DNA of 63,545 bases, filler included, from Octopus bimaculoides (GCF_001194135.2; 7 parts of 7 records of this genome joined end to end with filler, not necessarily neighbours in it), one strand, 5' to 3'. Shown: positions 39,990-52,691, numbered from the whole stretch's first letter. Translations and numbers: made by a program. Notes: generated by a model from the sequence alone, not told the origin.

Positions 39990-40700
39990 ATGATATTAAC
40001 AAAAAGGTGCTTGTCAGTTTAATCAGGAAATGCAAGCATGCCCAATCCTGATCCTATACATGACACCCTCCACCTCATGCAACACATCATAGAGAGAGTG
40101 GATAAAAAACCTGATTTCAGTAAGACCTTGATCAATTTAGATCAAAGCTTTTGGTAGGGTAGACCATCATTCTCAGTGGCTGTCCTCAGGGCAACCAATC
40201 TTGGTCCTGTATGCAGATGCTGGATTGCTACATTGTACAGTGGCATCTGCTTAGTGTTCAAGTAAATGCCTACTTACTGGAACCATTTACTGTCACATGC
40301 TTGGTCCACCAAGGATGCCTTCTTTCATCTCTCCTTTATCTACTGGCTCTAGGCACTACTGCAGAAACTTCAAGTTCTGAAAAGTGTCTTGCTTGAACTG
40401 GGATGGTAAAGTTCTGCATTGGCTTATGAGGAAAATATCACTGACATAGTGTTGGACACCATAAAAATCGAGGTGCTTGGCATCGTCTTAAAGGAATACA
40501 AAGCAAAGACAGAAGCAAAAATTAACCAGACTAAGTTGGACAGTTTGGCACTTAGAGCAAGTCCTTGCTATCTATCAGAGTCATGAGATGCTTAAGAGAC
40601 AGATCAATTAAATTGCTTGGGGTCTGGTTTGGTCCAGATCTCCAGGTAAATAGTAACTTAGAAATGGACTGAGAGAAAGCTCTCTCTGAAAGGTCAGAAA
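39990..40700 (+). mobile_element. L1/Tx1-clade reverse transcriptase fragment, degraded
   Basis: Remnants read IHDTLHLM, INLDQS(KAF), WIATLYSGI, VQVNAYLLEPF and VHQGCLLSSLLY. It lies just past the DPH1 stop codon, antisense to DPH1. Confidence 0.75.
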
Positions 40701-40859
40701 GAATTAAAAGTAAAAGAATTGACAAACTTAATTTTTTTGAAGAAATTATAATAAATCTCCAGAAAAATCTAACAAAGTGGGGATGGTATCAATGTCTGAA
40801 GAAAACATTGTATATTAAAAAAAAATCTCAAATAAATATAAACAGATTTTTAATATAAA

Positions 40860-41042
40860 TTAAGAACTACATTTGCAATCTGATTGACACTGAATCTTTA
40901 TCGGGGCTCTTGGATGATTTCTCACTGGACGAATGGGCCGATGCTTCTCATTGTTGACAGTCCATGGACCAAGACTGTCATTAGCATAAAAATCCATTGG
41001 ATACCGATCCTGCCATGATATTTGCTCTAAAGCCACAGACAT
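40860..41042 (-). CDS. DPH1: DPH1 terminal coding exon ([30 protein letters not shown]...CQSDCKCSS*)
   Basis: YPMDFY...SLGPWT is the Dph1 C-terminal motif. Acceptor is tcttttctttcAG at 41044-41043, phase 0, with stop TAA at 40862-40860. Confidence 0.95.
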   Translation of the reverse strand: MSVALEQISWQDRYPMDFYANDSLGPWTVNNEKHRPIRPVRNHPRAPIKIQCQSDCKCSS

Positions 41043-41389
41043 CTGAAAGAAAAGACAGAAAAGCTTTTGTAATCAGTATTGTATTGGTGTTGTTTTTGTT
41101 TAGTACTCAGTCTGACTGAATACTAAATAATTTCAGAAAATTTATTATCAAATGCATTCTAGTTATGACCATCCTATCTTATTTTCAAATATAATATGAC
41201 AAGAACTAAACTATCTCATATGGCTTTCTTTTTTAAAAATACCCAGCATAGCATGTGATTTGACACTGATTATTGCATCGATATCTATCAGGTCAAATGA
41301 CCACATTGAAATTTTGTTTTTGGTATAGCATTGTAATGTTTGTTTATGATGGTTAACATTTCTTAAATGGGAACCTGTGGAAGAGGTAG

Positions 41390-41735
41390 ACCCAGGAAGA
41401 CATGGGTCAAGAAAGTGAAACATGATCTTCAAATGTTGGGTCTCATGGAGGCAATGACAAGTGACCAAGGCCTTTGGCAATATGCTGTGCTTGAGAAGAC
41501 TTGTCAAGCCAAGTGAAATCATAGCCATGGCTGATGCCAGTGTCACATTACTGGTACCCATGCCATAAAAAGCACCCATTACACTCTTGGAGTGGTTGGC
41601 ATTAAGAAGGGCATTCAGCCATAGAAACCATGCCAAATCAGACTGGAATCTGGTGCAGCTCTCTAGCTTACCAGTTTCAGTCAAACCGTCAACCCATGCC
41701 AGCATGGAAAGCAGACGTTAAATGTTGATGATCGA
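41390..41735 (+). mobile_element. RTE 3' end (ORF2 C-terminus, 3' UTR and GAT tail)
   Basis: GRGRPRKTW...DL..LGL..AMTSD..LW precedes a 3' UTR ending ACCCATGCCAGCATGGAAAGCAGACGTTAAATGTTGATGAT. Confidence 0.8.
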
Positions 41736-42077
41736 TGTCTTCAGATTTTACATATTTTAGGATACCTATCACTTCTTCTGTTTGACTATTAATCCATACA
41801 GTCATACATACATGCATACACTCCTACACACACATTCATGTATACAGAGGTCACACAGGTGCACCATATGCTAATTGTTCCCAAATTGGGGTGCCACAAA
41901 ATGTAGTTAAGTGTATCATAAAAATAATAAAATATTTTAAAATATGTGGAAATTAGAAACTAAAATTCTAAATCTAAGTCATGATAACTATGTTGCACTT
42001 ATTGACTAAAGACTGAATTACTTATTAAATTTCTGTAGTTTACATTACTTATATTTATAAGCTAAATTCTATAAATA

Positions 42078-42760
42078 TTAGGTTGTCTGGATAGTCCTGA
42101 GCATTTTTTAATATGCAAAAAGGGATATAAATAATTGACCTTTCAATAAATTTTATTCAATGAAATAATTTCCATTATTATCAATGACCTTTGTCCAACT
42201 ATCAAGCAATTTAAATATTCCAATAGCATAAAATTTGACTGGTTTTGAAGAAAAATCGTTATCTTGATGCATTTTGACTCCATCTAAATCATTAAATGTT
42301 TTTTCTTGCAATGAGTTCTGCACAAAAAAAAAAAAAAAAGTCGGCTGGCACAATATCAGGATAATATGGTGGATGGGGTAAGAGATCCCAGCCAAGTACA
42401 TGTAACTTTGGTGAGCCAAAGACACATGTGGTTGGGCATTGTCTTGTTGGAACACTACCTCTTTCATGTTGGCAATTTCCAGCCTCAATTCTTTGAATTT
42501 TTGGCTCAAATTAGCCAGTTTACAACAGTACACATCAGAATTAATGTTCTGGTTTTGTGGGAGAAGCTCATAATAAATAATGCCTTTATGATCCCACCAA
42601 ACACAAAGCATAGATTTTTTGACATAGATATTCATCTTGGGTGCTGTTTTGGAGCATCTTTACGCAAACTCCAGGATCTTTATTGCACTACATTTTCGTA
42701 CACAACCCATTTTTCATCTCAAGTTGTTTCAAAAGCATTTCACAAATGGAAAACCAGTCC
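42078..42760 (-). mobile_element. Mariner 3' half inside the last DPH1 intron
   Basis: TA plus TTAGGTTG terminus. The ORF reads KKSMLCVWWDHKGIIYYELL...VFQQDNAQPH. Confidence 0.88.
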
Positions 42761-43247
42761 AAGTAATTCTTTCCAGACTGTCTTCTTCCAAAACCCCAGG
42801 CTGATTAAAACATTGTGAGTGAAGTTAATAGAGGGGAACTGAAAAAAGCCCATTGTATGTATGTGCATGTGTATAGTGTGTGCATGTGTGTGTGTGTATC
42901 TCTCTCTCTCTCGCTCTCTCTTTCTTTCTCTCTCTCTCTCTCTCTCTCTCTCCTTGTCTAGATATTGCATGATAGGTGCAAACAAGTGTCACCATCACAC
43001 AGGTGATGTTATTCATTTCCAATCTTTTGTGAAAACATGTTCAGTTGTGATAAGATATTTATTACCTTGTGTAGAAACAAGTGAGAGTTGGCAACAAGGA
43101 AATCTACCTGTAGAAAATTTGCTTCAACAAATTTCATTTGACCCAAGCAAACAACAAAATTAATGTTAAAATGAGAATGAAAACTCCTTTAAGACACAAG
43201 AGCATGAAAATCAAAGCCCTATCTGAGAAATATAATTCTCAACTCAC

Positions 43248-43326
43248 CTCGTATGGCGTTAAAACTGGTTTCTCAAAGGCCAAACCCCAGTCTATAGAAA
43301 GACGAGGACAAGCTATCTGCACCCAC
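43248..43326 (-). CDS. DPH1: DPH1 internal coding exon, 79 bp ([26 protein letters not shown]); absent from the ORF track
   Basis: Contains the near-invariant Dph1 motif [11 protein letters not shown], including an Fe-S-ligating Cys. Acceptor is aattacctAG and donor is GAG|GTGAGT. Confidence 0.97.
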
Positions 43327-44987
43327 CTAGGTAATTAGAAAAAATAAGAAATAAAGAATTCAAATTCTTAAAAAGAAGGTGAAGAAGAGAAAGGAAAGGA
43401 AACAAAAGGTTTCAGATAGCATTGTTGTTATTGTTTTGTTTCACTGCTTAACACTCTGAGTTCAATTCATTCCACAGTCAACTTTATTTTACAGCCAAAC
43501 AACTTGTCAGTGTTGTTTAATTCCAGGCAAACCCTGATCAAAGGCATTCTCACCAGGATCGTCCTCTCCTTTTAGCAATATGTAAGACTACATTCTCTAA
43601 TGCATCCTTCCCTTTATAAGTAGGGTGTGATTTGAGGGGAATTTCGTGCATTGAAGCTTCCACAGTTGATAAAATAAGTACCAAAAAATATTCCATAAGA
43701 ATATTGTTCCTCTTGCCTGCCACTGACCTTTTATAGAATACCAAGTATTTTAAATAAATTCATTAAATGTCCCATGTAGGCATTAGCCACTGGGTGCAGA
43801 CATGATCATTTTTGTAATCATGTTTTCTGGATTTGATTTAACTACATGGCATTTTGAGTAGGTGTCCTTTGGTATAGCTTTAAGTTACCTGAAACCTCAA
43901 GAATCAAACAGAATAGACAGAATCTATGAAAAGGTTTTTCTGGGATTGTACCTGTTCTTGAGTGTTAAACTTAATCAATTACTTGGCTTCACACCATCCC
44001 CTTACTATTGGCTGCTATTAGGCAGAACATACATGCACAGAGATACATATTTGTAAGCGATGACATGATTATTTTGTATCAGTAGAAGTTAAATTGTAAT
44101 GGCATGTTGTAAGATGTGAAAGATGAACAATGCATGAAGTTTTAAGGAAATATTTATTTTTACCCATTACATTGAATATAGCTTGCCTTGACAGGCAGGT
44201 AATAAAATCGTAAAGCATGCGAAGTAAAGATAGATATAGATTTTCCTTGCATAGTTTGTGTTCTCGTCATTGTTTAGCAGTAATTACAGAGAGAGATAGA
44301 ATGATGTTGTAAGAGAACAGAATTAGAGCTAGTGAGAGTGAGAGAGTGTGGGACATTGTCTTTCTTTTTCCCTCTGGCCATTTGTCTGCCTGCTTCTATG
44401 ATTCTAGTGGTCGGTTCACTAACTGATGTTAGCTCTCTCTCAACTCAAGAGTTGTCACCAAAGTGACTAACTGATTTTTGTTGTGGGTTCTTGCTTTTAT
44501 AACTATCCAGAAGAATAGACATATCGTTGAGAACAATAGATTTCGTTGGTGGTATTTGTTATGTTAATCCTAGCTTTTGGTGGTTTAGAAGAGGTTAGAA
44601 AGGGTCAAGTGGTGAAGACATTATTTTGGCCTAGCTAAGGCAATCTAGCAAATGTAAAACTGCTGTCACAGAAAAACTATTGTTTTACCTTGAGAAAAGT
44701 TCTGTTGAAGTGTTAATTTAAATTTGGCAATGGTGGATCGAATCCACTTCATGCTTGCAAGATTCACTACACATTCTTTTATTCTTTTACTTGTTTCAGT
44801 CATTTGACTGCGACCATGCTGGAGCACCAACTTTGGTTGAACAAATTGACCCCAGGACTTATTCTTTGTAAGCCTAGTACTTATTCTATCAGTCTCTTTT
44901 ACTGAACCGCTAAGTGATGGGGGTGTAAACATACCAACATCGGTTATCAAGCAATGGTGGGAGGACAAACACAGACACAAATAACAA

Positions 44988-45018
<31 letters not shown>

Positions 45019-45381
45019 AATATATATATATATGACAGGCTTCTTTCAGTTTCCGTCTACCAAATCCACTCACAAAGCTTTGGTCAGCCCAAGGCTATAG
45101 TAGAAGACACTTGCCCAAGGTGCCATACAGTAGGACTGAACCTGGAACCATGTGGTTGGGAAGCAAGTTTCTTACTACACAGCGACTCCTGCATGTGTTT
45201 AATTAGAAATGGAAGCATCAACATAATTGTCATCATTTTAACGTCCACTTTTCCCTGCTTACATAGGTTGGACTGTACATAATTAGAACTGAAATAATTA
45301 CAGAAAATAAAGGAAAGATGTGAAATTAAACAAAAGATATTAAAAAATAAACAGTAAAAAATAATAAACTCTCCTACTTAC

Positions 45382-45482
45382 GCATCTACATTGTGGAAGA
45401 GTTTCAGCTTGTCTGGATATATTTCAGAGAGAAGTACTGTGAAGCATTTTTTACCAGCATTCTGCAATGATTCTTCAAGAGT
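45382..45482 (-). CDS. DPH1: DPH1 internal coding exon, 101 bp (TLEESLQNAGKKCFTVLLSEIYPDKLKLFHNVD-A); absent from the ORF track
   Basis: Read manually from the reverse strand. LLSEI.P.KL is the Dph1 motif. Acceptor is ctacttacAG and donor is GC|GTAAGT. Starts in phase 0 and ends in phase 2. Confidence 0.95.
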
Positions 45483-45559
45483 CTGTAAGTAGATCAAAGA
45501 GGCTTGGAGAAGCTGTCTAAAATATTATATTGGATGGGGTGCGAAAAAGTAACTATTGC

Positions 45560-46455
45560 TGTTTCAGTCAGGTCAACCCTGAGCCCAAAATCTGTGTTGA
45601 AAAGTGTTCCAGATTTGACCATCCAGTCTCTCTCGTACACCACAACTGATGCTTCTTAGGTTCAGCTTTTCTCTCAAGATACTTACACTCTGTCGAGTAT
45701 GCACACTGACATTACACATCCATCGGAGCACACTGGCTTCATTCCTTTCGAGCTTACACATGTCCTCAGCAGTCACAGCCCATGTTTCACTGCCATGTCG
45801 CATGACTGTTCGTACACATGTGTCATACAGTCTGCCTTTTACTCGGAGTGAGAGGCCCTTTGTCACCAGCAGAGGTAAGAGCTCTCTGAACTTTGCCCAG
45901 GCTATTCTTATTCTAGCAGCTACACTTTCAGCGCACCCTCCCCTACTACTAACTTGGTCACCTAGATAGCGGAAGCTATCAACTAAGTCTAGTTTTTCTN
46001 NNNNNNNNNNNNNNNNNNNNNNNNNNNNNNNNNNNNNNNNNNNNNNNNNNNNNNNNNNNNNNNNNNNNNNNNNNNNNNNNNNNNNNNNNNNNNNNNNNNN
46101 NNNNNNNNNNNNNNNNNNNNNNNNNTAACTTCCTAGTTAAGCTTCCTTTGATATTGCTGCACCTCTTATGTGTCCATAGCTTGCACTGGGTACATCTTAT
46201 AGAGTTTCTACCTACGCCTTTTCTACAGATTGAGCAGGGCCATCTACCTGAAGGGGTTTGTGTTTTTTCTACCTTCCTACTTATTAGGACTTTGGTTTTA
46301 GTTAGGTTGACTCTAAGGCCCTTTGATTCTAGTCCTTGCTTCCACACCTGAAACTTCTCCTCTAGTTCTGATAATGACTCAGCAATTAGTGCAAGGTCAT
46401 CAGCATAGAGGAGCTCCCAGGGGCATCCTGTCTTGAATTCCTCTGTTATCGCCTG
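45560..46455 (-). mobile_element. 5'-truncated RTE-clade LINE (RT C-terminal half plus PHD-like finger) in a DPH1 intron
   Basis: Reads GCPWELLYADDLALIA, KGLRVNLTKTKV, CSIC...C..C..W.HKRC and KGRLYDTCVRTVM.HGSETW. It contains an N gap. Confidence 0.9.
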
Positions 46456-46984
46456 TGAATTCCTCTGTTATCGTCATCATCATTTAACATGCGGGAATGG
46501 GTCGGACAGTTTGATAGAAGCTGGCAAGCTGAGCCACTCCTATCACTTGGTGTTATATATATATGTTTATGAGTACCAACAATATATTGCATCATCATCA
46601 TAATTTAGCATCCGTTTTCCATGCAGGCATGGGTTGTGCAGTTTGACAGGAGTTAGCGAGCTGAGCCACTTTTATCACTTGCTACAGTTACCTCTGCTCC
46701 ATCTTTAACCATCTCCCATCACATGCTTATGAAACGTCCCCCACATCTATTCCTTCCTGCCCACTCATCCTGTCCAGTCTTCTGTACCACTCCCACTGTA
46801 CCTTGTAGGTATGTCCCCCCACATCACCGCCATCATTTATCTCTCTCTCTCTCTCTCTCTCAGATATCTCCTCTATCGTAAGACACTTATTTCTATCCCT
46901 CTGTTATACTTTAACCTCCCAACTGGCACAAAATTACCTCTCTCAACACTAGTCCCTCTCCCAGTTAGGGGTCTTTGCCTTGCA

Positions 46985-47100
46985 AGTTACTTAGTGATCC
47001 TACTGCTGCTGGTGCTATGCAAAAAGCACCCAGTACACTCTGTGAAGTGGTTGGTGTTAGGAAGGCATCAAGCCATAGAAACCATGCCACAGCAGACAAT
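46985..47100 (+). mobile_element. RTE 3' UTR fragment
   Basis: AAAAAGCACCCAGTACACTCTGTGAAGTGGTTGGTGTTAGGAAGGCATC matches the shared RTE 3' UTR. Confidence 0.6.
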
Positions 47101-47889
47101 TACATGGACCCACATATTTATGTTACATATGCATGAATACTATCAACACATTATACACAGATAAGCTAAGGAAGGAGCCTCTATGCAGTTGCTTAACCAG
47201 CTAGTAATAACAATTATTTCTCCCTCAAATCACTCCTATCTGTTTTAAAAAAAGAATGTTTACATTGGACAATGTAGACTTAGATGAAACCAGAAGGAAG
47301 ACCTGGAATTAAACGATAACAACTCATATATAACAATACACAATTATACATTCGCAGACCTCATAAGAAACAAAAATGAATGTGGAGTATATGTAGAAGA
47401 CACTGATGTATTTGACAGGGCCCTCTAGTTGTCATCATTGTCATTGCTGTCATTTAATGTCCACTTTTCCATGCTCACACAAATCAGACAGAATTTGTTG
47501 AGGCAGATTTTCTATGTCCAGATGCTCTTCCTGTTGCCAACATTCACCTGTTTCCAAGTAGGGTAATATTCCCCCATGACCTGACATTCACAAAATATTG
47601 GAAATGAAGGACACCATTTGCATGGCTCTAAAATTTGTTTACAACCACCACATAATGTTAAGGTAAAGATACATGCACATACACACAGTGGGACTGAAGA
47701 TATTTTCTAACTAAAGAAATGTTGCACATAAAATGTCAGTCTTGGACTATATTTATCACAGGATTCTAGCAAATATTTTATGCCAAAATTTTCCGGTCAA
47801 AAGGAGAGTTTAAAAGAAGCTTATCCCTCCATTCATACTTTCACATGCAGTAAAAGTGAAAAACAAAAATAAAAACAAACTGAGAGAAT

Positions 47890-48280
47890 GACTCTAAACA
47901 ACAAGGGAAACTTTTGAGCCAATGAGGAAGAGTTTCCTGAGTCAACAGAGTCTTTAGTCATTGACAGGAGTCTTCTTGGTTCAATGAAGTACTCTTTACA
48001 GTCAACATGGGAATCTCAAAAAAGAACAGGAGAGTCTCTTGAACCAAGATGTAAGTCTCTCAAGACAACAGAGAAGTCTCCCAAGCTATGAGAAACTCTC
48101 ATGATGTAATGAACCAAGAAAGGAGTCATTTAAGTCAATGTGGGAGTCTATTGAGCATATAGGAATCTAAGACAATGAGAGATTTTCTGAAGCATTAAGA
48201 TAGTTCTTGATTAAACAAGAGAGTCATTTGAATCAATTACTGAATCTTCTGAGGCAATGAGTGAGGCCTTTGAGGCATGA
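47890..48280 (+). repeat. Degenerate ~21-bp minisatellite, roughly 18 units, consensus near GAGTCTCTTGAGTCAATGAG
   Basis: AGTC..TTGA..CAA.GAG recurs at about 20-22 bp spacing. A few similar units occur at 50390-50470. Confidence 0.6.
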
Positions 48281-48399
48281 ATTTTGGTTTTCAATTTTTT
48301 CAGTGAAAATATGAAATAATTAAACAGCCAAAATTTTGTGGCATTTTCAGAAAGAAAAACATGATATTGTTTACATCAGGCAGTCACCTGTTCACCACC

Positions 48400-50050
48400 A
48401 GATGTGAAGTTACAATCTACAATTGCAGACAAATCAAAAGGATCATTCTTATGTCTCATATCCAGGAAATCTTTTTTCTAAATGAATACAATTTATGAAA
48501 ACCAACAGTAGGCATATCTACCAGTATGTTCTTTTCACATTGTTGGCTTCGCAAAATTTTAACTTTATCACTCCATGAAACATCGTCTCCTCGATACCGC
48601 TTTCTTATCCTGTTGATTTTGCCTGGCAAAATGAAATGAATCAATTGTTGTCAGGTCACTCTTTTGTAGAATTTTACATAATGTAGACAATTCTTCAGGG
48701 ATATCTCTTAAAACCTGTATAGGATGTTTCATGCAACAGTATTTGGTTACAGGAAAATTTAACTTATCTTGTTCAAAGTATATGATCAGTGGCTCATAAA
48801 GTTTTATTATTTTCTGCAAAGCAAAATATCTACATAATATCTACATAATATCTATGGCGAGCTGGCAGAAATGTTAGCACGCTGGGCGAAATGCATAGCG
48901 GTATTTCATCTGCCGTTACGTTCTGAGTTCAAATTCCGCCGAGGTCGACTTTACCTTTCATCTTTTTGGGGTCGATAAATTAAGTACCAGTTACGCACTG
49001 GGGTCGATGTAATCGACTTAATCCGTTTGTCTGTCCTTGTTTGTCCCCTCTATGTTTAGCCTCTTGTGGGCAATACAGAAATAAAAATATCTACATAATC
49101 ATCTGACTTTATTAAATGATATGAAAGCAACAACTTCGTTTCCAGAGAGCAATTTAAATATTGCATGTTTTGTTTGTAGATCAAGGAAACAACAGATTAT
49201 TCTTATCAAGTTTCAAAATCATTAACATGACTTCTAGTCATGCCTCACAAATACCCAGACCATTACAGTGTGCTGTGCAGTTTTAACAAACTAGGTGCGG
49301 AATATCCTGTTTTGATCAAGCTGGAACATTTTAAAATCAGCATACATCACCCACCAATTACTGACATTTCATCAGAAGTCAATATTACCATTTATGGAGT
49401 ATAAATTTCTACTCTTCATTAAAATGTTTGATCACTGAAACAACAGAAGCATAATACACTTGCATTTTGGTGGATTACTATTCCACCAAAAATGTTTTAT
49501 GCACAGTTTCACATTTGAATATACTAGACAGAATGTGGTATTTGTTGACATATATGTCAGTAGTTTCATCAAATGTAAGCCTGCTATTTCCTCAAACATG
49601 TTTTTTTGAATGATACAGTTGATAGTTTGCAGAAACACAAACATAATTTTTGCTTTACTATCTGTCAGTGAACTGAATAAAGTTTACCATACATAAAAAA
49701 GTTATTATAACAGCCAACAACACACTGTCAATAAGAATTTTGATCCTTTTGGAGTTTGACTGTTTTTCATTCTCAACCATCTGTACTTCTACATAACAAA
49801 GCATTCCTGAAATTACTAATAAGAAGTTTGGTTGCCTGAGCTTTTGTTTGCCATCTGAAAGTGATTTCTTAACCAAATGATACTTAGAAAAGTCAAATTT
49901 CTAAATATCATCTCATATCTTTTCTACAAACAAATTCTCCAGTAATTTTCACACCACAATACAATCAAGTAATACCAGTTTCTAAATCACACATAAATAT
50001 TTTTCACAGCTGCATATTTATGATTGCACAAGCTTTCAATGCAGTGGTGT
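48400..50050 (-). pseudogene. Degraded hAT-superfamily transposase in a DPH1 intron, split by a SINE
   Basis: Ordered remnants are KILIDS (first D region), LKQDIPHLVC*NCTAH (CxAH motif), KLYEPLIIYFE and VLRDIPEELSTLCKILQ. Many stops; bounds approximate. Confidence 0.55.
48855..49083 (+). mobile_element. Nin/Deu-type SINE with a 16-bp TSD
   Basis: Has an intact B box (GAGTTCAAATTCC). AAAATATCTACATAAT occurs at 48823-48838 and 49084-49099. Confidence 0.9.
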
Positions 50051-50732
50051 CTAGACTTTAAACAAAATTGCAGTTCTCTTATGTTTCAAGCCACTTGCTT
50101 CGTTGAAATTCAAGATAGAGAATTGAATCAGTTTTTGATAAAACTTAACAAGTTATCTACAGAATGTAAAATAGATTTTCACATATTTTATGATATGATC
50201 ACTGAAAACTATCTCATAAACATGGTTGTAGTTGTACAAACAAGAACAGGATGTTAATTAGTGTTGTATCTAAAAAAAAAAAAAATAGTGTAACAAGTTA
50301 ACAGTAATTGCTATGAAATTATCTAAGTATAACAAATATAATGAATCACTAATAATTTTAGGCAACTATCTCTTTGAATATATGTGATAAGGGAGACTCC
50401 TGAAGTCAATGAGAAAGTCTTAACCAAGAGAGTTTCTATGACCTTATAGAATTTGTAGTCAACTCATTCTAGAGCTTTTAAAAATATCACAGGATATATT
50501 TCTATGTACACTATGTCTAAATAAAAGATGGGATGGAATATTTTTGATTACAGGTTTGTTTAATCTGGATTGATCTGAGGCTAATGATAACAAGAGTATA
50601 ATATATAGTTAAAGTTTCATTATAATGGTTTGATTTCATTTTTATATCCATTTCATTATTTTATTTCTACTCCAATTTGTGCTGAATTCTATTGACACTG
50701 TCATTTTTACTGATTATATTTACATCTCTTAC

Positions 50733-50889
50733 CTGAAGAATTTTTGGAGATCCTTGCCTTCCCAATGTGCCTAATATTATACCAATCATTTGTGCTTTAC
50801 TGGCACCTTTGATAGCATCTTGCCGTACCTCTTTCATTTTGAAATGGTCATAATGTTCCTTTGAAAATACCTTACTGTAAGGATCATAC
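50733..50889 (-). CDS. DPH1: DPH1 internal coding exon, 157 bp ([15 protein letters not shown]...[17 protein letters not shown])
   Basis: Contains the hallmark Dph1 motifs RYDPYSK and [10 protein letters not shown]. Acceptor is ctattttgcAG and donor is CAG|GTAAGA. The length of 1+156 nt fits the flanking exon phases. Confidence 0.97.
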
Positions 50890-51979
50890 CTGCAAAATAG
50901 GTAAATAAAACAGATAGTAGTTTGTAACAACACCAGACACACACACACACTCCCCCCCCCCCCNNNNNNNNNNNNNNNNNNCCCCACACACAGTGCTAGA
51001 CAAAAAGTTGTTACTAGCATATACTGAATTCAAATTCTTATCAAGCAATCTGGCCATATATTATACTTGAAAAGGGAAAATTAATATCATGTTCATAATT
51101 TACTCAAAGACAATAATAATATGTATAAATTAGTTATAACTGGCTCATGATCTCTTTGTGAAGGCCCTTGGCCTAGTGGTTGGAGTATTGCACCCATAAT
51201 TACAAGATCATGCTTTGATTCCTGGACCAGGTGGTGTGCTGTGTTCTTGAGCAAAACACTTCACTTCATGTTGCACAGATTATCTTTATATTATTGTCAT
51301 GTATATATTGAAGTTTTCATCTTTATGTTTTGATCCAATATAAAATTGCAAGTAAATATTCTATTAGCATTCAGACAATGACTATTCCGTTTTTACTTTA
51401 GTATTATTTTTCTAAATAAAGATTTAGGAAGTGGTTTCCATTTTAAATTTGATTAAAAATTCATTGATGGAGCATTTGGTTGCTACTTTTAACAGGTTAG
51501 CTACTATATTCAGATGTATAAACCACAAGTTAGGTTCATAAACCACAAGTTAGGTTCCCACTCTTCTTGATCATGTGTCATCTTAATTCAAAATGAGTTG
51601 TCTGTTGACTGAGTTTTGAATGCTCAGTTAAGCAAGTCGAGGGAGTACACAGAAGTTTCCTTTCTGGATTATGTGGTCCCTTTTCTTCATGTTTGACATT
51701 TTGGTAAGGGAGATTTAGCTTTTGCATTGAGCAGGTAAAAAAAAAAAAAGAAATAAAAGTTGAACCTCCTCAAATCACACCCTATCAGGCAAGACACATG
51801 AGAAATGTAGTCTTAGAAATTTAATAAACAATGTCTAAAAAAAGATGGAAAGCCACAACCACAGTGCCTTTTATCATAAAACTACTCTATCACCGAAGGC
51901 ATTCTAGTTAATAGAATAAATCTATGATCAACACTCATACACATACAAATAGTTTATATATTAATCACACACACATATA

Positions 51980-52250
51980 TATCATCATCGTTTAACATCC
52001 GCTTTCCATGCTAGCATGGGTTAGATGATTTGACTGAGGACTGGCAAGCCAGAAGGCTGCACCAGGCTCCAATCTGATCTGGCAGAGTTTCTACAGCTGG
52101 ATGCCCTTCCTAATGCCAGCCACTCCGAGAGTGTAGTGGGTGCTTTTACGTGCCACCGACACGAGGGCCCGTTACACGGTACTGGCAACGGCCTTGCTCA
52201 AAAGGTGTTTTTTACGTGCCACCTGCATAGGAGCCAGTCCAGCGGCACTA
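51980..52250 (-). mobile_element. RTE 3' UTR copy
   Basis: Reverse complement of the 41570-41735 3' UTR with an (ATC)n tail; roughly 80-85% identity by eye. Confidence 0.8.
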
Positions 52251-52691
52251 TATTTTGCATTTTATAACATCTCTCTCTCTCTCTCTCTCACTCACACACA
52301 CACACATGTTGGCTTCAACAATAAGTATTCCCATTGTCAATTAGCTGAGCAGTCACTATTGATTCAAAGATTACTGTATCATAGTAGCTTAGTATTCGAC
52401 AGACAGCTATATACCCTTGGCATAATTCCCACATAGCATCATGTCTGATATTGCAGACATAGACGATCCACTGGACTTCAGCACAGTCTCTGTCTACTTA
52501 CTCTCATATTTCTTGAGATGACCCAAGACAATTCTTGCAGGTTCAATGGTTGAGAAGTTCAATCCCCAAACAAGATTGTAAATGAATATCTTAACCATTT
52601 GGTTATATTTTCACCCATTTAGTATTAAATTCACACACTGTAACAAAGTTCAGTACATGAGAAATGCAGTAATTTAGTAAAAGTATAGCAC

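Noticed and set aside
38471-40859. An OVCA2-like gene downstream of DPH1, as in the human locus
   Set aside because: No serine-hydrolase-like coding sequence is seen; only a SINE and an L1-Tx1 remnant are present.
47890-48280. Regularly spaced repeats as a possible CRISPR array
   Set aside because: The units are adjacent and degenerate with no unique spacers, there are no cas genes, and the context is eukaryotic.
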